From: Pirellula staleyi DSM 6068
Lineage (GTDB): Bacteria; Planctomycetota; Planctomycetia; Pirellulales; Pirellulaceae
Direction of reading: 5' to 3'
DNA: 32,000 bases
Assembly: GCA_000025185.1 (NCBI GenBank)
Contig: CP001848.1
Location: forward strand, 3,660,001-3,692,000
Under the pieces are notes generated by a model. It saw only the letters and a program-made list of their open reading frames with translations. It was not told the DNA's origin and did no database searches. A program made the translations under genes and the position numbers. Shown piece after piece: positions 16,828-25,612 of this stretch (the first letter of the stretch is position 1; each line of letters starts with the position of its first letter).

Positions 16828-17712
16828 CTATTCTTCTTTTTTCTCTTCAGGAGCCGCTTCGCCTTCGCTTGGCTTGGAAGGCATGGGGGTCTCTTCGGGC
16901 TTCTTTTCCTCTTCCTTTTCAGGAGCAGGAGCGGGCTCTTCGACTGGCTTGGTGGCAGCCGAAACAGCTGTCTTCACTTCGGTCGCAACGAACATCTTGA
17001 GATCGGCGGTGAGTGCCTCTTTGCTCTTGATCGATTCGGCAGCGAAGAGCGACTTCAGTTCACCCGAAAGAACTTCTTTGCTCTTCAGAACTTCAGCAGC
17101 CACCATTTCGGGAAGCTTAGCGAACTGATCCTTCACGTTTCCGCTGAGGCCTTCCACGGCTTTCTTCATAGCGGCTTCATTGTCGCTGGCAAGTTTGGTG
17201 GAGGACGACTTCACAGCGTCGGCGTTTTCGGCCTTGAGCTTTGCCAGGGCATCTTCCAGCGACTTGCTGTTGTCCCCTTGCAGCTTCTTGAAGCTGGCGA
17301 TCATTTCGTCTTGAGCCGACTTCAGCTGAGCAGCAATTGCTTTCTCGGCGTCAGCTTTGATTGCAGCGACCTTCTTGGCGGTCTCTTGTTCGAGACGCTT
17401 CGTCGCGGCGGCTACCGATTCGGAGGCTTGCGTGCGAATCGCGGCGAGTTCTTTTTCCATCGCGTCGCGCAGTTTGGCAGCTTCAGCTTCGATCTGCTTG
17501 GTGGCGTCGGCCGAAAGTTGGGCTTCGATTTCTTTCGAACGCTTGGCGAGATCAGCATCGAGTTTGGCCGAGACATTGGCGGTCACTTGCGCGCCGATCT
17601 CAGCTTTGAGACGCTCGCGTCGACGGCCAATAAAGGCTTGCGCGGGGGTGGCATCGGCCACCACGATCGCAGCCACCAAGGCGGCAACGGTGAGTAGCGA
17701 CAATCGGGTCAT
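16828..17712 (-). CDS. Secreted Ala/Lys/Glu-rich amphipathic-helix (apolipoprotein/LEA-like) protein
   Basis: 294 aa with ATG at 17712. Signal peptide 'MTRLSLLTVAALVAAIVVADATPAQA'. About 220 aa of helical low-complexity sequence follows ('AKLDADLAKRSKEIEAQLSADATKQIEAEAAKLRDAMEKELAAI...'), ending in an acidic 'EEPAPAPEKEEEKKPEE' tail. Confidence 0.7.
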   Translation of the reverse strand: MTRLSLLTVAALVAAIVVADATPAQAFIGRRRERLKAEIGAQVTANVSAKLDADLAKRSKEIEAQLSADATKQIEAEAAKLRDAMEKELAAIRTQASESVAAATKRLEQETAKKVAAIKADAEKAIAAQLKSAQDEMIASFKKLQGDNSKSLEDALAKLKAENADAVKSSSTKLASDNEAAMKKAVEGLSGNVKDQFAKLPEMVAAEVLKSKEVLSGELKSLFAAESIKSKEALTADLKMFVATEVKTAVSAATKPVEEPAPAPEKEEEKKPEETPMPSKPSEGEAAPEEKKEE

Positions 17713-18129
17713 GAGAGAAACTCCGAACCAAAACAGGGGTGGGGGGAAGGCGGGATGGAAAGCATTGGCATCGCGAACACTAGGTAAGCGACGTTAATTT
17801 TTCCGGTAGAACCAATCCCGCAATGTAATCCGAGGTGGGCTGAATATCCAGCGTTTCGCGGCAATTCGCACGCTGCATACTCAACCTAAACGGCACATTT
17901 TTGCCCGTTTCGCCAATCGATTTTGACTGATGGGTACTAGTTTCGAAAGACTGAGGGGCATTTGCTACGAAAATGTAGGTCATGCCAAATGTCGTGCAGG
18001 GTCGACCTTACACGATTATGCGAAACCGGAGAGTAGTGACGCAAGCCAAAGAAAACGTGGCCGCAGCATGAGGCCGCAAGTTATCGCCAGTCTCTCGGTA
18101 GATTCCCAAAGAGTGTAAGTGCCAGAATG

Positions 18130-18163
18130 CCAGCCACTTGGGGCAAAAGAGAAGGGTGGCTGG
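18130..18163 (-). terminator. Hairpin about 30 nt downstream of the transglutaminase-like gene
   Basis: CCAGCCAC (18130-18137) and GTGGCTGG (18156-18163) form an 8-bp stem with an 18-nt loop. There is no convincing U-tract. Confidence 0.25.
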
Positions 18164-18193
18164 ATCGCTTTGGATGAGCGGGGCGAAAGGGGG

Positions 18194-19072
18194 TTACGGC
18201 AGCGCTGAAACGTCGACAGCCACACGCATGCGGTGCTGTCCGCCACCGATCAAAACACCCTTAATGGGGCAAACATCGCTGTAATCGCGGCCCCAGGCGA
18301 GTGTAATGTGCTTGGTCGCTGGAATCTGATTGTTGGTCGGATCGAAGTCGATCCAGCCCAGTTCGGGGCAGTAAGCCGATAGCCAAGCGTGCGACGCATC
18401 GGCTCCCACAAGTTTCGGCTGACCAGGCGGAGGAGAGGTCAGCAGGTAGCCACTCACGTAGCGAGCCGGGAGGCCTAGCGAACGTAAACAGCCGATCTGC
18501 AAGTGGGCAAAATCTTGGCAAACACCGCGGCGGCTTTTTAGGACGGTGAGAATCGGGGTGCTGATCGTGGTTGCCTGCGGATCGTAAACAAACTCTTTGA
18601 AAATCCGTTTGGTGAGATCGAGTATGGCTGCCAGCCAGGGTCGTCCTGGGGTGAACGACGGCATGGCGTAAGCCCGCAACTCGTCGCTCGTGGGTATATG
18701 CGGCGAGTCATACACAAACTGACGTGCATCGAGCCACCACGGCGGCTGTCCGAGGGCAAAGCGGTCGCGAATTTCTTCCCAGGGAGGTGTGCTCTCGGCG
18801 ACGGGAATCTCGGGCTCGATTACTTGCACCTGACTCACGGCTGTCACGCTCAGCCGCTGATGCCCCTCTTGAATCGAGAAGAACCCGGTGTGATTGCCGT
18901 AGTAGTCGAGTCGAGTCTCCATCCGATTGGGTGTAGGGCGCACGCGCAGTCGATGCGACACGCAGCTTTGCCGACGATGATCGCGCGGCATCAGATGCAG
19001 TTCGTTATGACAGATCGGCACGGCCTTGCTGTAGTTGTAGACCGTGGTGTGAACGACCTTGTATTTGATCAC
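18194..19072 (-). CDS. Transglutaminase-like cysteine protease family protein (bacterial TGase N-terminal region + transglutaminase core)
   Basis: 292 aa. N-terminal region 'IKYKVVHTTVYNYSKAVPICHNELHLMPR'. Core with Cys 'RRGVCQDFAHLQIGCLRSLGLPARYVSGY', His 'DASHAWLSAY' and Asp 'WIDFDPTN'. The start is GTG (19070-19072) and overlaps the upstream TGA (GTGA). Confidence 0.85.
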   Translation of the reverse strand: MIKYKVVHTTVYNYSKAVPICHNELHLMPRDHRRQSCVSHRLRVRPTPNRMETRLDYYGNHTGFFSIQEGHQRLSVTAVSQVQVIEPEIPVAESTPPWEEIRDRFALGQPPWWLDARQFVYDSPHIPTSDELRAYAMPSFTPGRPWLAAILDLTKRIFKEFVYDPQATTISTPILTVLKSRRGVCQDFAHLQIGCLRSLGLPARYVSGYLLTSPPPGQPKLVGADASHAWLSAYCPELGWIDFDPTNNQIPATKHITLAWGRDYSDVCPIKGVLIGGGQHRMRVAVDVSALP

Positions 19073-21660
19073 GATGGAGAGAGATCGTTGTCGGGAAAGT
19101 AAAGCCGACCGGACGGACGAATTTCATTCATCTGTCGGGATGGACCGGCATGGATCAGATAGTGACGCGTGATTTCATCGGACAGTGCCCGCAATTGGTC
19201 GGCTGATCGAGCCAGTAGCGCTTCGAGCTGTCGGCGGTGGCCATCTTTTTCGACTTCGGCGAGGGCGTAAACGTCGCTCAGCCGCACATCGGTGAGGGCC
19301 GAAAGGACGATGCGTTGCTCGCTGGTCAGCAGGAGTTGGCTGGCCGAACGGGGCAGGGCATCGACATGCGAACCAAGTGCTGCCAGCTGAAATGCGATCG
19401 CCCGAGGATTGGTTTCGTCGGTGATGAGCAAGTCGAGCAGTGGAGGCAACTGTAGCGTGGTGAGATAGCGACTGCGATAGGTCATCGAGCTGTCGGCGAT
19501 TTCCAGCAGGGCTTCGAAGACGGAATCTTCTTCAGCGGCGGGAATGGCCAGCGTGCTCTTGAGCAGGATCAGTCCATGCAAAGAACGCTCGAGTCGACGC
19601 CCCATATCGAGGAAACGCCAACCAGGGCCGCGCGTCATGCTCTCGGTTCCCATACCACTGAAGGCCGAGATGTCGAGAATCAGGCGGTTGAGGATCGACA
19701 GGACATCGGCGAGCGGCACATCGTCGGGCTTCACCTGCGCCAGAACCTCTTGCCCCAGGCGGTTCAAAATGCGCCAGCTATCGATCGAAATGCGATCGCG
19801 CACAGTAGCTGCTGTCCGGCGAAGCATCGACAGCATCGAAGCGATGCTCGCCGTTTTTTTCGGGTCAAACACTCCGGCAATTAGTTCGCTTTCGAGCTGA
19901 GCAAACTGCGCTGAAGGAGGGAGCGCCATGAACTCGGGCCGAAGTTGGCCAAGCTCAGCGAGCACGTGCAGCAGTGTTCCCAAACTTTGGGGCCCGTGCA
20001 TCCCCGATTCGCTGGTGTACCGCGTAATAAAGCTGCGCAAGATGCGCGCCGAGCTTTCCGCCCGCTCGACGTGACGCCCCAGCCAGTAGAGGTTGTCGGC
20101 GACGCGGCTCGGGAGGTCGTTGCTGCTCCGCTGCACGACCACGGGTGTTCCCGCAGGATGCAGCAGCGTGACCGGTGTCACCGGGCTGTCGGCGAGAACC
20201 CACACGTCTTTGCTACCCTGACCACCCAGTGCCGATTCACCGAGCGCATCGGGAGTTGTCGAAACCCGAGCTAACCCACCCGGCATCACTTCGTAGCTAT
20301 CTCCCTTCGCCACTGCGAAGGTCCGCACGGCAACGTGCGAGGGGCCCATCACCCCGTTGTTCCAAACCGGAGCGGTGGAGCCAGAAACGAGTTCTTGGGC
20401 CACATAGTTTTGCGGCGCACATTTGATCTTCGCGCGCCATTCCGAGAGCTGTTCTTTGGTTAGACGAGCGCCATAGATTGGCGACAGGCCTGGCCCAGGG
20501 AAACTCGGCTTAATGACGAGTTCCTGAAGGTTATCGAGCACCAGTTGCAGCGATTCGCCATCGCCACACCACCAGGTCCGAACACTAGGCAGCAGCAGAT
20601 CTTCGCGAAGGAAGTAGCGGGCAAGCGTTGGCAAAAATGGAATGAGTGCGTGCGATTCCAGGACACTACAGCCGAGCGCATTGGCAAGCACCACATGTCC
20701 GCTGCGGGCCGCGTGCACCAGTCCTGGAATGCCGTGAAGCGAATCGCCGCGAAGCTCGAGCGGATCGCATTCCTCGTCACGTAGTCGCCGCAAAATGACA
20801 TCGACCTTCAGCAGTCCGCCGAGGGTCTTCAGGTAGACGTGATCGTCGCGCACCGTCAGGTCGCCACCCTCGACGAGGGCAAAACCGAGGTAGCGAGCGA
20901 TATAGGCATCTTCGAAATACGTCGGGCTGGCGGGGCCAGGTGTAAGCAGCACGATGCGCGGATTGTCTTGCGCATGAGCGACCGCTTGCAGCGTTTCGCG
21001 GAACGTTAAAAAGAATTTCGCGAGCCGCTCGACCTGCGCATCGCGAAACACATCGGGCAGCATGCGCGAGATGACGATCCGATTTTCAAGCGCGTAGCCA
21101 GCCCCTGTTGGGCCGCGAGCTCGGTCGGCCATCACCATCCAGTTGCCACTGTTATCGCGGGCCAGATGACCGGCGTAGATGTAGAGGTACCGACTGCGAG
21201 GGACCGAAAGTCCGTGGCAGGGGCGGAGGAAACCGGGATGGGCCAGAACTAGTTCCGGTGGCAGCAACCCCTCGGCCAGCAGTCGCTGCTGACCATACAG
21301 GTCGGCCAGAATCAGGTTCAGCAGCGTGGCACGCTGCGTCAGACCGGCCGAGAGTTTGTTCCACTCGCTTCCTTGAACGAGCAGCGGGAGGGCATCGAGC
21401 TCCCAGGGGCGAGTCATCCCCGCAGGATCGCCGTGAACGTTATAGGTGACACCGTTTTCGCGGATCACTCGTCGCGCTTGTTCCCAGCGTTCGAGCAATT
21501 CGGGAGCAGTGATTTCACTGAGCGAACTCGCAAACTGTTGCCAGTGTGGCCGGATCACTCCCCCATCGACCAATTCGTCGAACGTGCCGACAGGCGGCTG
21601 ATATTCAGCCAGCAGGCCGCCAGGTGGCTTGGGTCCGGAAACGGGCGTAACAACGCTCAT
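19069..21660 (-). CDS. Fusion protein: circularly permuted type-2 ATP-grasp domain + alpha-E domain
   Basis: 863 aa with ATG at 21660. Residues 1 to about 490 parallel the stand-alone ATP-grasp at 23090-24538: 'GVTYNVHGDPAG', 'IVLLTPGPASPTYFEDAYIARYLG', 'GGLARV...GQGSKDVWVL'. Residues from about 515 carry the alpha-E signature 'LPSRVADNLYWLGRHVERAE'. Confidence 0.85.
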   Translation of the reverse strand: MSVVTPVSGPKPPGGLLAEYQPPVGTFDELVDGGVIRPHWQQFASSLSEITAPELLERWEQARRVIRENGVTYNVHGDPAGMTRPWELDALPLLVQGSEWNKLSAGLTQRATLLNLILADLYGQQRLLAEGLLPPELVLAHPGFLRPCHGLSVPRSRYLYIYAGHLARDNSGNWMVMADRARGPTGAGYALENRIVISRMLPDVFRDAQVERLAKFFLTFRETLQAVAHAQDNPRIVLLTPGPASPTYFEDAYIARYLGFALVEGGDLTVRDDHVYLKTLGGLLKVDVILRRLRDEECDPLELRGDSLHGIPGLVHAARSGHVVLANALGCSVLESHALIPFLPTLARYFLREDLLLPSVRTWWCGDGESLQLVLDNLQELVIKPSFPGPGLSPIYGARLTKEQLSEWRAKIKCAPQNYVAQELVSGSTAPVWNNGVMGPSHVAVRTFAVAKGDSYEVMPGGLARVSTTPDALGESALGGQGSKDVWVLADSPVTPVTLLHPAGTPVVVQRSSNDLPSRVADNLYWLGRHVERAESSARILRSFITRYTSESGMHGPQSLGTLLHVLAELGQLRPEFMALPPSAQFAQLESELIAGVFDPKKTASIASMLSMLRRTAATVRDRISIDSWRILNRLGQEVLAQVKPDDVPLADVLSILNRLILDISAFSGMGTESMTRGPGWRFLDMGRRLERSLHGLILLKSTLAIPAAEEDSVFEALLEIADSSMTYRSRYLTTLQLPPLLDLLITDETNPRAIAFQLAALGSHVDALPRSASQLLLTSEQRIVLSALTDVRLSDVYALAEVEKDGHRRQLEALLARSADQLRALSDEITRHYLIHAGPSRQMNEIRPSGRLYFPDNDLSPS

Positions 21661-21905
21661 AGGAAAGGTCGAACCAATCTGCGAGGACTACCTGATGAAC
21701 AGGCGGTCGAGACGAGTCTGTCAAAGTCGCGTGAATCGGAAGGACGCCTGTCGATTGGAAATCGACCCGTGGGGGTGGCGCGCTTGAGGAGGAGTCCGCG
21801 AGGGATGTCTACGTCAGCATAATCTGTGGCCAAGTGGCCGGGCAAGTTGCGCCATCGATACAAACGGTCTCGCTGGTCAAGGCAACGTTGATGCGTTAGG
21901 GCTTG

Positions 21906-22904
21906 CTAACGCGATTGCGTCTGGGATTGAGTTTGCGTCGTCACCGGTCCCTGTGCCCCCGCTGTGGGTGCAAAAAAGGTTTCGTAAATCGACTCACCCA
22001 CGTCATTGAGTTTCTGCTGGAAGTCGTCAATGAATTCATGCAGACCGTCATTCACGATTTCGTCGATCCGCGAGTAGTTCAGTTCCGATCGGAGGCGTCC
22101 CAAACGCTGTTCAGCCGAACTGTAGATCCGGTCCCCACGATGACCACTAATGGCTGCGAGCGAATTTTCCGCCTCGATCAAGCAAAAATGCATGGCGCGA
22201 GGGAACTCGCGATCGAGGATCAAAAAGTCGGCCACCTGAGCAGGGGTGATACGTCCATGACGTTTGCGATACATCTCGAGGGCCGAAGCCGATTCGAGAA
22301 GGGCCGACCACTGGATGGTATCGAGCGCTGTGCCGACATCCCGCTCCGAAGGGAGCAAAATGAAGTACTTCACATCGAGAATGCGGCTGGTTTTGTCCGC
22401 TCGTTCCAGCAACCGACCGAGCCGCGCAAAGTGCCACGCTTCGCCGTGCGACATCGTGGCATCGGTGATTCCTTCCATCAGATGACTCGAAAGAATGATC
22501 TGATTGAAGAAATCGAACGGGCTGTCGAACACCGAGCGATCGGTGGCAGCCGAACGAACGGTCAGGAAGTATTTGTTGAGTTCTTCCCACATAAGCGACG
22601 AGATCATTTCGCGAACGGTGCGTGCGTTTTCTCGCGCATAGCGCAGGCACGAAACAATCGAGTTCGGGTTCTTGGCATCGAATGCCAGGAACTCAATCAC
22701 CTTACGCTGATCGGGGTCAACGTAATGCTCTTTGAAGAAGTCCTGATCGCCAGTGGTGTAGACCAGAGGCGCCCACTGGCCAGCAGTTTGCGAGCCGAGG
22801 TCGAGCGACAACTTTAGGTTGACGTTGATGAACCGCGCAACGTTCTCGGCGCGTTCGATGTAGCGACTCATCCAAAAAATGGAGTCAGCAACGCGACTAA
22901 GCAT
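21906..22904 (-). CDS. Alpha-E domain protein (DUF403 family)
   Basis: Family-typical N-terminus 'MLSRVADSIFWMSRYIERAENVARF' from the ATG at 22904, plus 'GEAWHFARLGRLLERADKTSRILDVKY'. An upstream in-frame ATG at 23033 would add 43 unconserved residues. Confidence 0.8.
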   Translation of the reverse strand: MLSRVADSIFWMSRYIERAENVARFINVNLKLSLDLGSQTAGQWAPLVYTTGDQDFFKEHYVDPDQRKVIEFLAFDAKNPNSIVSCLRYARENARTVREMISSLMWEELNKYFLTVRSAATDRSVFDSPFDFFNQIILSSHLMEGITDATMSHGEAWHFARLGRLLERADKTSRILDVKYFILLPSERDVGTALDTIQWSALLESASALEMYRKRHGRITPAQVADFLILDREFPRAMHFCLIEAENSLAAISGHRGDRIYSSAEQRLGRLRSELNYSRIDEIVNDGLHEFIDDFQQKLNDVGESIYETFFAPTAGAQGPVTTQTQSQTQSR

Positions 22905-23089
22905 GCCAGGAGGTCCGCCGTTGTGTGCAGTTCGAAGGAGTTCAGAAACAGGGGCCACGGTTTTCGCAGCAGTGATGGTGGGAGTGGAGCTAATCAAGGT
23001 ATCACCGGGCTTGATTATGATCCCCTGCATCATCCTGGGGACCGATGTCGGTGTCCAGTTACAGGGGAAAACTATTTGGCGAGGGAGCC

Positions 23090-24538
23090 CTATTTAGCGT
23101 GGTAACCATTGCGGAGTACCCAAGTATCTTTGCTGCCGCCACCTTGTGACGAGTTCACGACCAGCGAGCCTTTGCGAAGCGCCACGCGTGTCAGGCCACC
23201 GGGAAGAACGTAGATTTCGCGCCCATGCAGAATGTAGGGACGCAAATCGACATGTCGACCTTCGAAGTGATCTTCCACGATCGTTGGTACACGCGACAGG
23301 GCCAGCATCGGCTGGGCAATGTAGTTACGCGGGTTAGCGCGGATCAGGTCTTTGTACTTATCGATCTCAGCCTTCGACGCCCGTGGGCCGAGCAGAATGC
23401 CATAGCCACCCGATTCGTTGGCTGGCTTGATCACCAGCTTATCGATGTTGCCGATGACATGCTCCATCTGGACCGGATCGCCGCACACAAACGACGGAAC
23501 GTTGGGAAGAATCGTATCTTCGCCCAGGTAGTACTTGATCATCTGCGGCACGAAGGCATACACCGCTTTGTCGTCGGCAATGCCAGTGCCCGGTGCATTG
23601 GCGAGGGCCACTCGGCCAGCGTTATACACTTCCATGATTCCCGGCACGCCGAGCGTGGAATCGGGGCGGAAGCATTTGGGATCGAGAAAATCGTCGTCGA
23701 TGCGGCGGTAGATCACGTCGACCCGTTCGAGTCCCTTGGTCGTCTTCATGTAGACGTAGCCATCGGAGACCAAAAGGTCGGAACCTTGCACGAGTTCGAC
23801 ACCCATCCGCTGCGCGAGGAAGCAGTGCTCGAAATAGGCCGAGTTGTAGATGCCCGGTGTGAGCACCACGACGTTCGGGTCGCGCACACCTTCGGGAGCA
23901 ATGAACTGCAAGGTCTCGAGCAAACGCTCGGGATAGTCTTCGACCGGCAAGATCGAGAAGCCGTCGAATCCTTGCGGGAACGTTCGCTTCATCACTTCGC
24001 GGTTCTCGAGGACATACGACACACCGCTGGGACAGCGTAGATTGTCTTCCAGCACGTACATCTGACCATCGCCATCGCGGACGAGGTCGGTGCCTGTGAT
24101 GTGACACCAAACACCCTTCGGGGGGTGGGTTCCCTCAAGTTGCTTGAGGTAATTTTTGCCCGAGTGAATCAGCCACTCAGGAACGGCACCATCTTTCACG
24201 ATCTTGCGACCGTTGTAGACGTCGTCGATGAACAGATTGAGCGCGTGGATGCGCTGCTTCAGGCCACGCTCGATCGTTTCCCATTCGGCACCATCGATGA
24301 TGCGGGGAACGATGTCGAAGGGCCAGATCTTCTCGGTGCCAGCCTCGTGGCCGTACACGTTGAAGGTAATACCCATATTCAGAAACGCCAGTTCGGCCGC
24401 TTTTTGTCGCCGCTGGAGTTCTTCAAAGGTGAGAGTCGCGAGTCGTTTGACGAGCATCTCACCGCGCGGCCGGGGTTGGCCGTCGGGAGAAAAAACCTCG
24501 TCATAAAACCCTTCTGTCTGGTACGTCTCGAAGTTCAT
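23090..24538 (-). CDS. Circularly permuted type-2 ATP-grasp protein (DUF404/DUF407-type)
   Basis: '[24 protein letters not shown]' from the ATG at 24538. Motifs '[12 protein letters not shown]', '[24 protein letters not shown]', '[31 protein letters not shown]' and 'GGLTRVAL...[10 protein letters not shown]'. The track's ATG at 24658 adds 40 unconserved residues. Confidence 0.85.
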   Translation of the reverse strand: MNFETYQTEGFYDEVFSPDGQPRPRGEMLVKRLATLTFEELQRRQKAAELAFLNMGITFNVYGHEAGTEKIWPFDIVPRIIDGAEWETIERGLKQRIHALNLFIDDVYNGRKIVKDGAVPEWLIHSGKNYLKQLEGTHPPKGVWCHITGTDLVRDGDGQMYVLEDNLRCPSGVSYVLENREVMKRTFPQGFDGFSILPVEDYPERLLETLQFIAPEGVRDPNVVVLTPGIYNSAYFEHCFLAQRMGVELVQGSDLLVSDGYVYMKTTKGLERVDVIYRRIDDDFLDPKCFRPDSTLGVPGIMEVYNAGRVALANAPGTGIADDKAVYAFVPQMIKYYLGEDTILPNVPSFVCGDPVQMEHVIGNIDKLVIKPANESGGYGILLGPRASKAEIDKYKDLIRANPRNYIAQPMLALSRVPTIVEDHFEGRHVDLRPYILHGREIYVLPGGLTRVALRKGSLVVNSSQGGGSKDTWVLRNGYHAK

Positions 24539-24712
24539 AAGCCCGCCTTGCCGTGAACGACGCTGCCCAAAAAACGGGCACACCTCGAACGAGTGCTGTG
24601 CACCTGTCGAGATTTCTAAAGGGTTAAGCACCCCGCACCTCCGAAAGGCAACTACCATGCCGAATGTCGCTTGAAGTGACCCTTCGAGTCAACACCCCGC
24701 GAGAAGTTTAAG

Positions 24713-24724
24713 CCTGACGTCAGG
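24713..24724. promoter_or_regulatory. Perfect 12-bp palindrome CCTGACGTCAGG upstream of the ATP-grasp operon (candidate operator)
   Basis: I read the palindrome directly at 24713-24724. It lies about 175 nt upstream of the preferred start at 24538, in the 362-nt gap between coaB and the ATP-grasp gene. Confidence 0.25.
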
Positions 24725-24900
24725 TATCGGCTCCCACCACTAGCAGGCATTTCACGATGTCAAGGAATGCGACTCGCGACAACCTTACTCGTTGTGCTAA
24801 AGAAACGTGCAAGTGCGCTACTGACGGCCACAGCATGCCGATGAACTACGCATCGAAGGATGCCAAGCCGTCGCAAGCTGTTCGTTAGTGGCCGGTAAAC

Positions 24901-25536
24901 TTACTTCGCGCGACCAAGATGCAAATCGATCGTTCGTAGAATGTGCAGCGCTACTGCCTCTTTCGTGCCGGTAGCCGAGGTAACCACCTCTCCCTGACGC
25001 CCCAGGATCTCGACCTCGTTACTGAGCGAGTCCATTGCCGAGGGGCCATTGAGCACCATTAAGTCGCAACTCTTTTTTTGCAGCTTGGTTAAGGCGCGGA
25101 ACCGCTGATCGTCGGTTTCGAGCGCAAAACCAACGAGCCACTGATCTTGGCGCTTAATGCTACCGAGGCTCGCCATCACATCGGGAGTCTCGACAAGTTC
25201 CAGCCGCAGCGGCTCTCCCGTCTTGCTGATTTTTTGTGCGGCTACCTTTTGTGGACGATAGTCACACGGCGCTGCCGCTCCAATGGCTCCATCGCACCCC
25301 ACGAACTCTCGCAGGCAAACCTCGAGCAAGTCCTCGGTGCTAATGATGTCGATCACCTCCGCTGCTGCTGGATAGGTCACCTGCACGGGACCACTCACCA
25401 CCAGCACGTCGTGCCCCAGCGAAAGTGCTGCTTCGGCAAGCGCCTTTCCCATCCGGCCGCTACTTCCGTTGGTCAGGTATCGCACGGGATCGAGATACTG
25501 ACGCGTCGGTCCCGATGTGATCAAGATGCGAGCCAT
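24901..25536 (-). CDS. coaB: Phosphopantothenate--cysteine ligase (stand-alone CoaB domain)
   Basis: 'MARILITSGPTRQYLDPVRYLTNGSSGRMGKALAEAALSLGHDVLVVSGP' is collinear with the CoaB half of E. coli Dfp ('[31 protein letters not shown]...'). I prefer the ATG at 25536 because the track's GTG at 25659 would overlap the upstream gene. No CoaC flavoprotein domain is attached. Confidence 0.85.
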   Translation of the reverse strand: MARILITSGPTRQYLDPVRYLTNGSSGRMGKALAEAALSLGHDVLVVSGPVQVTYPAAAEVIDIISTEDLLEVCLREFVGCDGAIGAAAPCDYRPQKVAAQKISKTGEPLRLELVETPDVMASLGSIKRQDQWLVGFALETDDQRFRALTKLQKKSCDLMVLNGPSAMDSLSNEVEILGRQGEVVTSATGTKEAVALHILRTIDLHLGRAK

Positions 25537-25612
25537 GCATGATCCAAAGTGAATGCAGAATAAGAGAGGGCGTGATTCCGGAGAGCTGATCGATGTAGCC
25601 CCGATCACGAGT

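Noticed and set aside
21903-22817. 304-aa plus-strand ORF lying antisense to the alpha-E gene
   Set aside because: Its sequence has no recognisable motifs and is rich in Arg/His, as expected from reading a GC-rich gene backwards. The opposite strand carries an unmistakable alpha-E signature, so I treat this as a shadow ORF.
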